DNA of 64,000 bases, taken from NCBI RefSeq assembly GCF_006345805.1, contig NC_043001.1:50096001-50160000 (forward strand), read 5' to 3'. The position numbers and the translations under genes were made by a program. How positions within the stretch are numbered: the stretch's first letter is position 1; every line of letters starts with the position of its first letter. This DNA comes from Octopus sinensis. Taxonomy: Eukaryota. Of the stretch, positions 10,594 to 24,225 are shown piece after piece. The notes beneath the pieces are model-generated. The model saw only the letters and a list, made by a program, of their open reading frames with translations. It was not told the DNA's origin and made no database searches.

Positions 10594-12560
10594 AGAACTT
10601 CAAAATGATGAGGATATAACCATTAAGGAAGCAGACAAGGAAATGCAGTTGTAATAATGGATACATCATACTACAGAAATCTTGTAATTTCCTTGCTTGA
10701 TGACGACCTAGATTATGAAAAAATTGCCAACTACACCCCACAAAAAATAATGAAAACTCTATCTTCACTAATTAAAACCCATGAAAAGGAACTAACAACC
10801 AAAGAGATTGACTTCCTAACAAACTTTAAATGCAAACCTAGCCTTTCCTATGGTCTGCCAAAAATTCATAAAAGTCAAATTATAAATGAAACCATTAAAA
10901 AATCACCAAAGACATACATACACACACCTTACCCGGGGGACCTAAAACTACGACCCATTGTAGCTGGCCCAACCTGTGAAACACACAGACTAAGTCTACT
11001 TATGGACATCCGGAAATGCTATGGGTACAAGGGCAGCACCAGTCATTGCGAACTTAACAATGGGATACATGGAAATAATCATTTATCAGGAATCTTTATC
11101 AATCTTTGGAAACCCCCTCTCTCAATACATAAAAGAGAATTGGAAACGATTCTTAGACGATTGTTTTATTCTCTGGAATAAAAACACAGATAAACTCCTA
11201 AAATTTAAAAACCTATTGAACAGCATAAACCCAAATATACAGTTCACAATTGAATACAACCAAAAGGAGCTCCCGTTCTTAGATATACTAATTAAAAAAA
11301 TTAACCTTAAAATAGAAACAGACATTTTTTACAAAGCCACAGACGCCAAACAATACCTTCTTTTTAATTCATGCCACCCAAGACACACTAAAACAAACAT
11401 CCCCTTCAACCTTGCAAGAAGGATATGCACAATAGTGTCAGAACAAAATACCAGGAACTTTAGACTGCAAGAACTCAAAAACACCCTAATTGACAGACAT
11501 TACCCAGCTCAACTCATAGAGGATGGGATCAGACGTGCAACAGAAATCAACATAGAAACTTTAAGAAAAGTTCAACACAACAACACCCCTTCCCCGAAAA
11601 TACTACCTTACATATCTACATACAACCCCAGAAACAAAGAAGCCTTCACCATCATCACCCAGAATTTACCAATACTTCATAAAGACCCCAAATTAAAGGA
11701 AATTCTAAACATACACCAAATCATTAAAAGCTACAAACAGCCTAAATCACTCAAAAAGATTCTCACAAAGGCAAAATTGTCTTCTGAAATTACGGATGCA
11801 AAAGTAAAAAAATGTGGTAGATCGAACTGTGCAACATGTCCTAACCTGCTAGAAGGATCAGAATTCCTCTTTAAAGAGGGACAGAAATTCAAGATCAAAT
11901 TTAACTTTACTTGTGCCTCTGAAAACATAATTTATGTCATAAAATGCTCGGGCTGCCACCAAGACTACGTGGGTTCCACGGGACTATCACTCAGACGTAG
12001 ATGCACACTGCATCGACAACAGATTGCATTCCCAGAATATAGAATGATACCTTTTAGTGAGCACATTGAGAAAGCAACTACTACCACAATTTTTAATCGT
12101 TCCATTTTACCAATGTGCTTTCGGATCATCAACACAAATTAGACTAAACAAGGAAACATTCTTCATTGAAAAGTACAAGCCCAGACTCAACCATCCGAAC
12201 ATACTGATACAGAGAAATTCACACCAAGGGAAAGGAAAAAATTTTTAAGCGATTATCTCCCTTACACCGGAAGAAATCACTCACTACCTTCCCTTATTTA
12301 GAACTCTCCTGAACATAAACATAACGAAAACTCTATTCAACATAAACATAACGTCGCAAGAAATTTGAAAAGCTACACGCGAAACCGGTCTTTCTTTTAA
12401 ATTATGTCATTATAAGAGGAAAAAAAAAAAAAATTTCTAATATTCTTCAGACATATTGACGCAAATATATATATTTTTTAACATTTAAGCCTTCTGTAGT
12501 TTTTTCACTCTTTACTATTTTCTATATATTCACCCACGTGCTTTCACAAACCAACTTTCT
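10594..12560 (+). mobile_element. Penelope-like element (RT + GIY-YIG), 5'-truncated, frameshifted, internally deleted, with 3' pLTR region
   Basis: IKEADKG, YGLPKIHK, LRPIVAG, AMGTRAAP, WKRFLDDCF, LPFLD, FYKATD, S.HPRHTK, then C..C..C and NIIYVIKCSGC..YVGST (GIY-YIG). Confidence 0.95.
12358..12396 (+). ncRNA. Minimal type I hammerhead ribozyme (U3-A8 core variant) in the PLE 3' region
   Basis: AAGAAA-U-UUGAAAA-GC UACAC GC-GAAA-CCGG-UC-UUUCUU; palindromic stem III ACCGGU; GUC triplet. Confidence 0.7.
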
Positions 12561-12576
12561 TATCTATATATCTATA

Positions 12577-12614
<38 letters not shown>

Positions 12615-12708
12615 CCAATTTCAACGAATTTCACCCAAATTTGACGTCGATATTATTTAGTTTGGTTTGAAATAAAGAACTTGATTAGCTTAATAATAGT
12701 AACTTAAT

Positions 12709-12737
12709 CCCGCGCAAGGCCGGGTTATACTGTTAGT
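12709..12737 (+). mobile_element. Helitron-like 3' terminus
   Basis: CCCGCGCAAGGCCGGG imperfect hairpin, 8-nt spacer, then TTAG|T (degenerate CTAG|T). Confidence 0.5.
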
Positions 12738-13595
12738 AATAGCAAAAGCTTGTACAATTGCGACGGACGGTCTGCAACGAACAGAATGGAAATACAAAGA
12801 AAAGGAAGGAATATTGGTTGGTATGTCTTCGGAAGAATTAGCGATACAAGTTTGAAACACTAATGGAAGACACTGTTTGCTCAAAACGATACATTAGCAC
12901 AGAGTCACGAAATTTTTAAGGAAAAAGGAGAGTATTATAGATGATTGAATGAAAGACAAAGGCTGATCTAAATGTGATGAGAATCCAGCGAGATGAAACT
13001 AAAAACAATCTAAAGTAGTTAGTCAAGCATTCTACTGTTTGTCACACGCTAATCAGATAACGCTAAGGACTAAGTGGATAGTATATGAAACGCGGACATG
13101 GCCAATTATTTAAGAAGTTCGTTCGCAGTAATGAGGTCCTAGGTTCGATCTCACAGCGTGACACCATGGATATGTATCTTATTTGTTTCACTCATTGAAC
13201 TGCGGCCATCCCGGGGCACCACCTTAAAGAGTTTTCGTCGAACGAATTGACTGCAGGACTTATTTTTTAAAGCCTGAATTTATCTTATCGGTCTCTTTTG
13301 CAGAACTGCTAAATTATGGGGATGTAAACAAAACAACACTGATTGCCAAGTGGGGTGGGGGTGGCAGACAAACACAAAGACATGCACATGTGTGTATGTG
13401 TGTGTGTTATTTTATCTCTGTCTTATCTCATGGCGCGATATGAACATTTAAGGTGGTTTTTGGAGTCGGAGTCTTGACTGCTATTTCGGCATGGTGGTAT
13501 CTCTCAGGTACCCTTATTTATAGTTTTAAATAATTATTACCTTTGTATGGTATTTATTCCCATGCTGGTCACTTGATAAGATCGATATTATCCTT

Positions 13596-13606
13596 ATTTA
13601 TAAATT

Positions 13607-13689
<83 letters not shown>

Positions 13690-13734
13690 TCAAACTCACA
13701 CACACAACTCACACACACACACACACCACACACA

Positions 13735-13775
<41 letters not shown>
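13596..13775. repeat. (TA)n(CA)n microsatellite
   Basis: Direct reading. Confidence 0.95.
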
Positions 13776-13776
<1 letters not shown>

Positions 13777-13921
13777 TAGCAGAGGCACCCGGCGTTGCTC
13801 GGGATTGAAATTGTTCTTTATATATTGGAAGAAAGAAGTAAAATATGTTGTACAGAAAATTGTTATTCTAAATTCAATTTACTTTTCAATTGGGAAATAA
13901 ATTCTGAATTTATAATACAAG

Positions 13922-13968
<47 letters not shown>

Positions 13969-16088
13969 CGAAAATGCAAAATTTACCACTTTTATGACGG
14001 GAGATAAATTCTATCACATATATTGAAGGAAATTATGTATCTTTATTTTTTATACCAAAGTGATATCCAGCTTGACCAAACACACAGATTAATGGCTACT
14101 GGAGTGCATCATATGATCGGTGGCTTACATTTATCCGCTGAATCTTATTTCCTCTTCCTTGAATTATAATATCTCTCTTCCCATACTCGTCGCCTGTAAT
14201 AATTGCTGCTACTTCATTTGCAGTAGGGGGCATTGTAGTGGCCTCTGTGCTCAGCAATAGGCTTTTTTGTCTGCATCAATAACTATCTTGTATTCAGTGG
14301 GTAGTGCAGATTCCAATGCATACTTGAAGCTTCTGATGTAGCAATTGTTTGCATGTAACATATCTTGCAGATCAAAGATTAACACTTCTTTCAAATTTGT
14401 AAGGCTAAATGAACGTTGCAAAGCCTGCTCCTTGTAATTTGCCACAAAATATAGGTGTAAAAACTGAGGATTTTTACAATGGATTTTAAAAGTTGGCTTC
14501 ATGTTCCCTTCTCTTATAATATTACTACCAAAGGAGGTCATTTGGAAGGCAGAATTATAATTTCTAGTGTTTTTCAAGAGGTGCATGCTCCTTGGTGTGT
14601 TTCCTAAAAGCAATGCCTTCAAAGTATCTGGGGGTGTACCAAACGTCGGTAAAGCAACCGTTCCTCCACCGCATTCCCATAATGGTGGTTTCCCTTTCCT
14701 ATTTCTTTCCTTTATATAAACTGCACTCGTTTGACATGGCTCCAATATCAATCAATTTCTCTGTAGAATAATGTTTTGGATCATAGTTGAAAGCTGATCC
14801 TTTCCAAATCCCCTTAAAAGGTGCAACCCTTTTGTCAAACGTATTCAGCATATCTTGATAGAAACGCTTACGTCTTTCCTCTGAGGATTGGCGAAATCTT
14901 GCAGCAACTGTTTGCTCCTGGTTGTTTCTTTGTCTCATCTCTCGCTAAATCTATTGTCTCATTAGTAAACCTGGCAGCTTGTCTTTGTCTTGCATCCTTT
15001 AAACGTTTTTCTCTTTCCTTTTTTGACTCATAGCTTCTGCGCTTTGCGTTTTGTTGACGTAATTGTTCTAACCGTTTATCCCCTGGCCCTTCTGACTCAT
15101 TGGCACTGCGTGCAACAGCTCTCCTTCGGTCGTTTTCATGTCTTTGCTGTTGATGGGCAGGGGTGTCTAGTGACCTGTACTCGTCTTTGCTTCACTGTAG
15201 AATACTGATCATCAACATCGACCCAGTCTCCTCTTGTAGAGAGTGAGAACATTTTTCTCGAAAACTTCTTTGAAAATTAAAATGGGGATTAAAAGAAAAA
15301 AAATGTGTGAAAGTTAAATAAATATCTTCACAAGAGTGGTTGAAGTAAATGGTAATTGTAGAATGAGGCGCTCGCGCGTGCGCGCACGGACACACACGCA
15401 CACACACACACACCACACACACACACACATACGGTATCAAACATCAGCATCTCTTTCTCTTTCACTTACCCCCTCTCTTTGTGCCGAATTTCTTTCACCT
15501 TCACCTACAGAACATATATACAGTGTCTTTTTCTCATTTTGTGTTTCTCTCACTCACACATTTTCTCTTTCACCCACTGTAATAGTTCCTCTCTTTTAGT
15601 CTATGCCTCTTTCTTTCACTCTCTCTCCCCCTCTCTCTCTATCTCTTTCTATCTTACACACTTACGCTATTTACATTTCCCCTATATCGAAAAATGTTGT
15701 GACGAATGAGGAGATGGAGGAGAAGAAGTAAAGAGCCACTTCCTCACTTTCCTTCTCTGTTTCTTTCTATCTCTTCTCACTCCCTCATTGGCGTTATGCA
15801 CAAACATACAAATACACAGACATCTGCTAATATATAGATATAGATGTGACATCGTTGTCGTCGTCGTCGTCGTCGTGGTATAAAATGTCGTTTACGATAG
15901 TTGACTTATAGAAAGATTATAATGTTAATTTTGTGTAATGCAAATATGTAAATGAAAATAAAGTTATTTGGTGGCCGAAAGAATACTGAATCTTTTCATA
16001 CCTCATACATCAAAATCGGCAACTAAGTCTTCGAACGCTCACTCGTATTCTCTCTCACTCTTTGTAATAATTCCTCTCTTTTAGTCTA

Positions 16089-16119
<31 letters not shown>

Positions 16120-16800
16120 TTCTAACTCACTCACACACAATTTACATTTCTCCCTCTATTCAAAAACGAACGAGAAGATGGAGGAGGAGAAGTAAAGAGA
16201 CACTTCCTTACTTAGACAAAAAGAGAGAAACTATTACAGAGGATGAAAAAGAATATGTGTGAGCGAAAGAAACAGAATGCGTCTCTGTTTCTTTCTCTCC
16301 TCTCTGACTCCCTCATTGGCGTTATGCACAGATATACAAATATACAGATATCTGCTAGAACATACATACATACAGTATCAAACATCAGCGTCTCTTGTTT
16401 TCTCTCTCTCTGTTTCTTTCTCGTCTCGGTCTTTTTCTCATTCTGTGTTTCTCTCGCTCATACATATTTTTTCTCACCCTCTGTAATAGTTCCTATCTTT
16501 TAGTCTATGTCTGTTTCTTTCACTCTCTCTCCATTTTTCTAACTCACTCACACACACTAGTTACATATCTCCCCTATTAAAAATGTTGTGACGATGGAGG
16601 AAGATTTAACGTCGTGGTCGTGGTCGTCATCGTGGTATAAAATGTCGTTTACAATAGTCGACTTCAGAAAGATTATAATGTTAAATTTTTATAATACAAA
16701 TATGTAAACGAAAATTAAATTATTTGGTAGCCGAAAGATTACTGAATTTTTTGATACCCCATACGTCAAAATCGGCAACTAAGTTTTCGAATGCATAAGA
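13776..16800 (-). mobile_element. Internally deleted Helitron (5' boundary approximate)
   Basis: 3' terminus is hairpin CCCGAGCAACGCCGGG + CTAA at 13803-13776. RepHel N-terminal pseudogene follows. Diverged internal duplications at ~15430-16030 and ~16280-16795. Confidence 0.75.
13975..15190 (-). pseudogene. Helitron Rep/helicase N-terminal region, with stops and frameshifts
   Basis: Charged repeats (KRLEQLRQQNAKRRSYES..REKRL), AFNYDP, IGAM..EC, RNYNSAFQMTSFG, PQFLHLYF, EHRGHYNAP, EVAAII, RDIII, HRSYDALQ*PL. Confidence 0.9.
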
Positions 16801-16819
16801 AACATACGTACACGCGCAT

Positions 16820-16947
<128 letters not shown>

Positions 16948-17166
16948 TTGTTTTATGTATATAGCTATATTGTTTCAGGAAAGTCATTCTTTTAACCAAA
17001 TAATCACACACACTATATATTTGTTTATTACTGTTCTTATTATAACTCATGTCTATCGTCCGGAAATCTTTCGTCACACATCTGTGACCTCCTCAGTGAC
17101 ACTTTCCGTCTTTGTGTGTGCTCTTGCTCTGTTTATTCCATTCTCTTGCATAACAAATGTACAAAC

Positions 17167-17270
<104 letters not shown>

Positions 17271-17299
17271 CTATCTATCTATCTATCTATTCTTTTATT

Positions 17300-17499
17300 C
17301 TTTTATTTGTTTCAGTCATTTGACTGAGGCCATGCTGGAGCACCGACTTTAGTCGAGCAAATCGACCCCAGGACTTATTCTTTGGAAGCCTAGTACTTAT
17401 TCTATCGGTCTCTCTTGCCGAACCGCTAAATGACGGGGACGAAAATACACCGGCATCGGTTGTAAAGCAATGTTGGGAGGACAAACACACACACACACA

Positions 17500-17559
<60 letters not shown>

Positions 17560-17700
17560 CGTCGGGCTTCTTTCAGTTTCCGTCTACCAAATCCACTCAC
17601 AAGGCTTTTTGGTCGGCCCGAGGCTATAGTAGAAGACACTTGCCTAAGGTGCCACGCAGTGGGACTGAACCCGGAACCATGTGGCTGGTAAGCAAGCTAT
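17300..17700 (-). mobile_element. SINE family B
   Basis: Same head, core and tail as 8408-8832. Confidence 0.85.
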
Positions 17701-18189
<489 letters not shown>

Positions 18190-18202
18190 CTTTTCGGTTT
18201 GA

Positions 18203-18596
18203 ACGGCAGTGTTTTAAAATAATTTCCACGTAACTAAACACTTTTAAACTTCGTATACTGGTAGAATGTGTTTATAAAACATCTTTTTCTCTTGGCTTTA
18301 TTGAGAAAATTCTATGGTTTGTAAGATATTTGTTGATTTTTTTCTTCAATTTCTGCAATTTCAACCAATCAATGACGTCTATTGAGGTATAAAACATTCT
18401 GTGACGTATGAATATGTCCCTCGTTTAAGAAACAGATTGGGTTTATCTACATTTGTGAAGAAAAAAAGATATCCTTCCACCCACCCCTAACCCTAACTAA
18501 CCCTAACCCTAAAATAGATTGAAATGCAATAGATCGATACTAGGGTCACAATTATGGGTGACAATTTCAAATGACACCGCTAGAAAAAACTGCCGT
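18203..18596. mobile_element. Non-autonomous DNA element (MITE-like); partial second copy at ~3560-3730
   Basis: Imperfect TIR ACGGCAGT.TTTT / AAAAAACTGCCGT; AACTAAACACTTT.AAACTTCGTATACTGGTAGAATGTG shared with ~3566; internal CCCTAA runs. Confidence 0.6.
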
Positions 18597-18608
18597 GTAT
18601 ATATATAT

Positions 18609-18640
<32 letters not shown>

Positions 18641-18641
18641 C

Positions 18642-18676
<35 letters not shown>

Positions 18677-18701
18677 TGTATGTATGTATGTATGTATACA
18701 T

Positions 18702-18754
<53 letters not shown>

Positions 18755-19995
18755 TGTTATATATATACATATATAGTTACCTATTTTTACCTATTCATTA
18801 TGTACCTTAATATTCGGGAATGCTACAATAATAACATATGAATTATGTTAAAGATTATCATTTTATCTTGAACAAAGGAAAGAAAAAAAGACTTGTCCCC
18901 GTTCTTCTTGTCCGTGTCAAAAAAAAAAAAAAGAAAACATTTGTTAGATGAACTGGTTATGTAAATTCACGTCTGAATAAATATTTGTTTAGTATTCAGC
19001 TCTGGTTGAAGATTTCAAGGATTTCAGCTTTCACTTGTTCTGATTGTTGTCTGTATTGAGTCAAAGCGCCATTATGTCTGCAATTCTTTGAGAAAAGAAT
19101 TCTACAAATTTGCAATGTAATTAATTGTTAGAATCAATTCGGATACGACAATGTTTGTAGGTTTTATATTATACTTTATTTGTACAATATTGCATCATTA
19201 TATAGGTTTGGCTCATAGCGGTCGATTAGCTGGAACGTCAGCGAGTCAGATTGCTTTGCGGTTACTTATTGTGGTCGATATAATCGACTGCTTCGCTCCT
19301 ACCAAATTGCAAGCCTTGCGCTCTTCTTAGATATTATTTAAGGCGGGAGAGTGGGAAATTGTTTGAGTTTCGGACAAAATGCCTTGCATCATTTATTTAC
19401 GACCCATTATGTTCTGTGTTCAAATCCCGCTGAGATCAATTTCGCCTTCTTTTCTTGAGGCCGGTAAAATAAAGTTCCAATTGAGTACTAAGATGATATA
19501 ATCGACTGTCATCGCCACTCAATTTTTGGCCTTGTGCTTTACGTTGGAATTATTATAGGGTTGTTGAACGGTCGTGGATAGTTGACTAAATGCAGCATAT
19601 ATTTTCGTACCTTTATGATCTGAATGTGAGTATATCAATAGTTGACAGTGTTTTTAGGATATCCACAACAGATAAATAAGATAAGTACTAGTAGTATATA
19701 TTCCTCCATATTACAACTGTAGGCTTGCGTCACTCTAGGAAGCTAGTGAAAACGTAAGAGCACTGAGTTCAATTCAGGCAGGGACTAGCGTCGTATTTCA
19801 TCCACCGAGGTCGATAAAATAAAGTACCAGTCAGTCATGTAATGGGGCCACTGGTGTTGAGTAACCCTCTCCCCAAGAAATTTCTGGCCTTGTGCCTAAA
19901 TTAGAAACCATTATTTGTTGGTTGAAATGATTGACATTTCTCATTTGTAATATATTCCGCATGGCATTCTTTATATCCTACTCAACGTGAATGTA

Positions 19996-20205
19996 TTATT
20001 AGGATGCCAAATACTGCAGCATTCGCCTTGAGAGATCCTCTCATGCAGACACATGGTGCTAAGGGCACAGACATATATCGTTCGAAGACAAGCGTCCATG
20101 CTACACGGTTCACGTTTGCTAACGGTATATGCCTGTGCTCTGAGCATATGCGTCTCTAAGAGAGGATCTCTCAAAGCAAACAGCGAGTATTCGGCGTTCT
20201 AATAA
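19996..20205. other. 210-bp imperfect palindrome (fold-back)
   Basis: Arms of ~95 bp including perfect TTGAGAGATCCTCTC / GAGAGGATCTCTCAA (20028-20042, 20160-20174). Confidence 0.9.
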
Positions 20206-20429
20206 GTCTTTTTAATATAGGCACAAGGCTCGAAATTTTGGGAAGGGGTGGGGGTGGGGGCTTGTCGATTACATCGACTCCAGAGCTCAGCTGGTTCTTA
20301 TTTTATCGACATCGAAAGGATGCAAGGCAAAGTCGACTTCGGTGGAATTTGAACTCAGAACCTAAAGTTGGAAGAAATGCTGCTTAGCATTTTGTCTGGA
20401 GTGCTAACGATTCTACTAGCTCACTGGCT
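20205..20429 (-). mobile_element. SINE family A with ~15-bp TSD
   Basis: TATTCGGCGTTCTAA (20188-20202) and TATTCAGCGTTCTAA (20430-20444). Confidence 0.8.
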
Positions 20430-20859
20430 TATTCAGCGTTCTAAGAATACACAGACGTTGAGTAGGATATAAAGACTGCCATTTGACATGTATGATGCTT
20501 CTGTCGCTAGTATTTATTTTGTTAATATTCATCTCATTCTGGATGGCACAAACTGTCTGTTCTTTCTAAAATGTGTACTAACTGAAATTAAATGAAGCTT
20601 TGGGAAGAATTAATTGACGTTACTGTCATGAATATATTTCAAACGATTCCAAACGACTAGTTTTCTGTGATCTATTGATGCTAGTTTACAATATTGTTCT
20701 GTTATGGTCAATGTAACGCTGTAACAAATGAACGAAATCGAAGACACACTCTATTATATTGACTACAGTTATATTCTTCGTGAAACAATTAAATGATAAA
20801 CTATGAAAGCGAAATCGAAGAGATAATGTATTATATAAACAACATACTAAAATACACAA

Positions 20860-21420
20860 CAGTCGACGAGCTGGTAGAATCGTTATTGCGCTTCACTTTC
20901 TGAGTTCAAATTCCCCCGAGGTCGACTTTGCCTTTTATACTTTTGGGGTCGATAAATTAAGTACCAGTTGCATAATGGGGTCGATCTAATCGACTGGCCC
21001 CCTCCCTCAAAATTTCGGGCCTTGTGCCTAGAGTAGAAAAGATTATATAAGCAACATATTAAAATACACAGCAGTCGACGAGTTGGTAGAATCGTTATTG
21101 CGCTTCACTTTCTGAGTTCAAATTCCGCCGAGGTCGACTTTGCTTTTCGTTCTTTTCGGGGGTCGATGAAAAAAGTACCAGTTGAGTCCTGGAGTTAATG
21201 TAATCGACTAGTCTCCAACCCACAAAATTTCTGGCCTTATCCCTAAAGCAGAAAGGATTTCTTCCGGCATTATGTTCTAAGTTCAGATGTCACCGAGAAT
21301 GATCTTGCCTTTCAATCTTTCGGTGTTGATAAAATGAACACATCAACTCCAGTCAAGTACTTCGGGGATGGGTTTTTTTCTCGATGTAATCGATTTGCCC
21401 CTTCCTCAAAATTACTGACT
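20860..21420 (+). mobile_element. SINE family A cluster including a tandem duplication of flank plus SINE
   Basis: AAAATACACA.CAGTCGACGAG.TGGTAGAATCGTTATTGCGCTTCACTTTCTGAG occurs twice. Confidence 0.75.
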
Positions 21421-21749
21421 TTGTGTCAAAATTTGAGAGAATATTAAAATCTACAGCTAAATGGATTAGCTACTTATTTCAATTCGCTGGGACAATGGAT
21501 CAAAACCAGTCATAAGCCCACTTTTCTTAATATGAAAATAAGGATATAGTATAGCATATTAAGGTTTGTTTCTATTGTAGTCGCACTGCAACAGAATAAT
21601 GATACAGATTATGTTTTCTAGCTTATTCTTTATTTAAGATTGATTACATATCGATGTACATGTTTGCCCGTCGGATCATCTTGTCATCATTAAGGATGAT
21701 TGATGACTAGCTTGGTCAACTCTCTCATTTGTGACCATCTTCAATCTAG

Positions 21750-21960
21750 TAGCAAAACCAGGCCAAGACGATTGGGGATGAAGGCAGATGCAGTGGATGA
21801 CCAGGATGTCTTTCTTGCCCCATCTTGCTCACTGCACTCCACAATACATTGCTGCAACAGCTTTCCCTTTTGTTGATTCACGAAGGTTTCTTCCGCAGTA
21901 CGCCGGATCCAGCCTTCACATGCATAGGTAGGTAAACCATACTATGCTAATTAACCCATA
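21750..21960 (-). mobile_element. Probable RTE-type LINE relic
   Basis: Reverse frame reads TYACEGW..AEE, similar to the RTE YxCEAW motif; heavily decayed. Confidence 0.35.
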
Positions 21961-22985
21961 GCTGAGATCTTGACAAGTACTACTACTCCGGTTCAGAATA
22001 GAGCTGGAAATAATAGTGACTAAGAGGTAGTTCTACATTCTTCAAAACTTTGCAACTCCCAAACCAGTGCTGAAAGCAATTTAAAGTCATCGCCAGGAGA
22101 TAACTTATTAATTTAAACGTTAAAACGATAGATAACACCTCTCAAGGTAAACGTGGCAACTAATGTATAACAAAGAATATAGTTTTTCAAACATGTTCCA
22201 TTGTAAGATTGCAACTTTTGCGATCTTTACACCATCTCAAGAATTAAACGCTTCGCGAAAAAAAAACCAAACAAAAAAAAAACATACAATTTCCAAAGAA
22301 ATTTTGCATTTCATGGTTCTCAATAAATACTTGATAAACTTATGGTTTTCAAAATAATCGTGGCGTTTCCACAGGTACTGCTAGTCTTGATTAAGTGATA
22401 GCTTGGCAGAATTGTTAGAACGTTGGAAAATGCTTTGTCAGTATTTGTTCTGGCACTTTAGTTTCAGAATTCCAATTCCGCTGTGGTCAACTTTGTCTTT
22501 CATGCTCTCAGGTTGATAAAATAGAGTACCAGTCACATACTGGTGTCGATGGTATCAACTAATCCTCTTTCCTCAAAGTTGTTGCTCTTGTGTCTAAATT
22601 AGAAACAATTATATGCTCCAGAGCATATAAAAGACCAAGCTTTATAAAATGAAATAGAGAACTTTGAAAGTAGTTCTAGTCACGCTAAACTATTATTATT
22701 TGAGAGAGAGAGACGAGGGAGTGCATAAAGGCGATTGATTGTTTTACGGTGATTTAACTCTTTGATTGGCGCCGTTGCCACTATGCTAGTATATAATGTA
22801 GTCAGTGGCTGGTAATGCTGGTTAATCAATATGGTATGTGTATGTGTAAAGAAATTGTTTTGAGAAGAGGAGGATAAAAAAAATCTGTTGATGTTGTTGA
22901 AAGAGTAAACGTCAAAACTGGTCAGATCGGAAGAGAAAAATGTCAATGCAGGATGTAAAACGATCAACAGCGGAAATATATAACT

Positions 22986-23031
<46 letters not shown>

Positions 23032-23834
23032 AATATTGAGGTTTAAATCTGTTGAACTGATTGGAACTAAAGCAATCCTGTGTATTTCATTCATTCAGAT
23101 CTGAAATTCCGTGATACAAGCAGATATGAAATGCGATTAAATAACAGACGAAAGAAAGGGAATTGCATGCAATGAAGTATTTTTTCTCTCATTGAATTCT
23201 ATTCATAAAATAGAATGGCTTAATAACACCATGAAACCTCATACATGGTGATGTGATGGAACAGTCTCATATTTTCCTTGGATTAAGAAAAGATTTAACC
23301 TTATTTTGAGATATGTAATGTTTCAGAGAAAAGAAAGTGAGTTAGTGAAAGTGAGTGGTGGGACGAAACAACTGCTTCGTTGGTGAGTTACCATAGTTGT
23401 CCCTTTGTGCCTTTTCCTTTAGAGACGGCATTTTGTTCAGCCTGTCAACCAGACTCGGTTCTCACTAACTGACTTCGGCTTATGGAGTTCTTGTTTTTAT
23501 AACTATCCAAAACCAGCCAGAAGGATAGATATATTGTCGAGAACAATAGATTTCGTTGGCGGTCTGTTATCTCTATTCTAGCTTTTGGTGGCCTAGAAGA
23601 GGTTAGAAGGTCCAAGTGGCAAAGACATTATTCTGCTTAGAGAAGGGGTCTGGCAAATGTAACTGCTGTCACTGACATAAAAACTATTGTTTTACCGTGA
23701 GAAAAGTGCTGTTGAACTGTTAAGTGTAATTTGGTTATCGAGGATCGAATCCACGCTATGCCTGCATGAAACAACTACAATTTGCTACAAACCAATATGA
23801 TCAAGATAATATTAAAAAGTATAACAATGTTTTT

Positions 23835-24225
23835 TTTTATCTTTTACTTGTTTCAGTCGTTAGACTGCGGCCATGCTGATGCACCGCCTTGAAGAAATTT
23901 TAGTCGAATGGTTTTCTTTTCTTTGTTAAGCTTGGTACTTATTCTATCATTTCTTTTGCTGAAACGCTAAGTTACGGGGACGTAAATACACCAACACAGG
24001 TTGCCAAGCAGTTGAGGGCGGGGACAAACAATGACACAAATATAGAGATATAGGTATGTATACGACGGGCTTCTTTCAGTTTCCCTCTACTAAATCCACT
24101 CACAATGCTTTAGTCGGCCGTAGGATATAGCAGAATTCGCTTGACCAAGGTACCACGCAATGGGACTGAACTCAGAACCATGTGATTGGGAAGTAAGCTT
24201 CTTCCCATTCAACCACATCTGCGCC
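23835..24225 (-). mobile_element. SINE family B
   Basis: TTTTACTTGTTTCAGTC..GACTGCGGCCATGCT tail and core. Confidence 0.8.

Noticed and set aside
12740-12825. Possible exon (KACTIATDGLQRTEWKYKEKEGILV, GTATGT donor)
   Set aside because: No recognisable domain; the acceptor region coincides with a Helitron-like end.
18485-18512. CCCTAA telomere-like repeats
   Set aside because: Only a few interrupted units inside a MITE-like element; not a telomere or fusion site.
18995-19085. Minus-strand frame HNGALTQYRQQSEQVKAEILEIFNQS*
   Set aside because: Short, unrecognised and without independent support.
23325-23385. Micro-exon candidate RKESELVKVSGGTKQLLRW with GTGAGT donor
   Set aside because: Three competing GTGAGT sites and no homology; needs RNA-seq.
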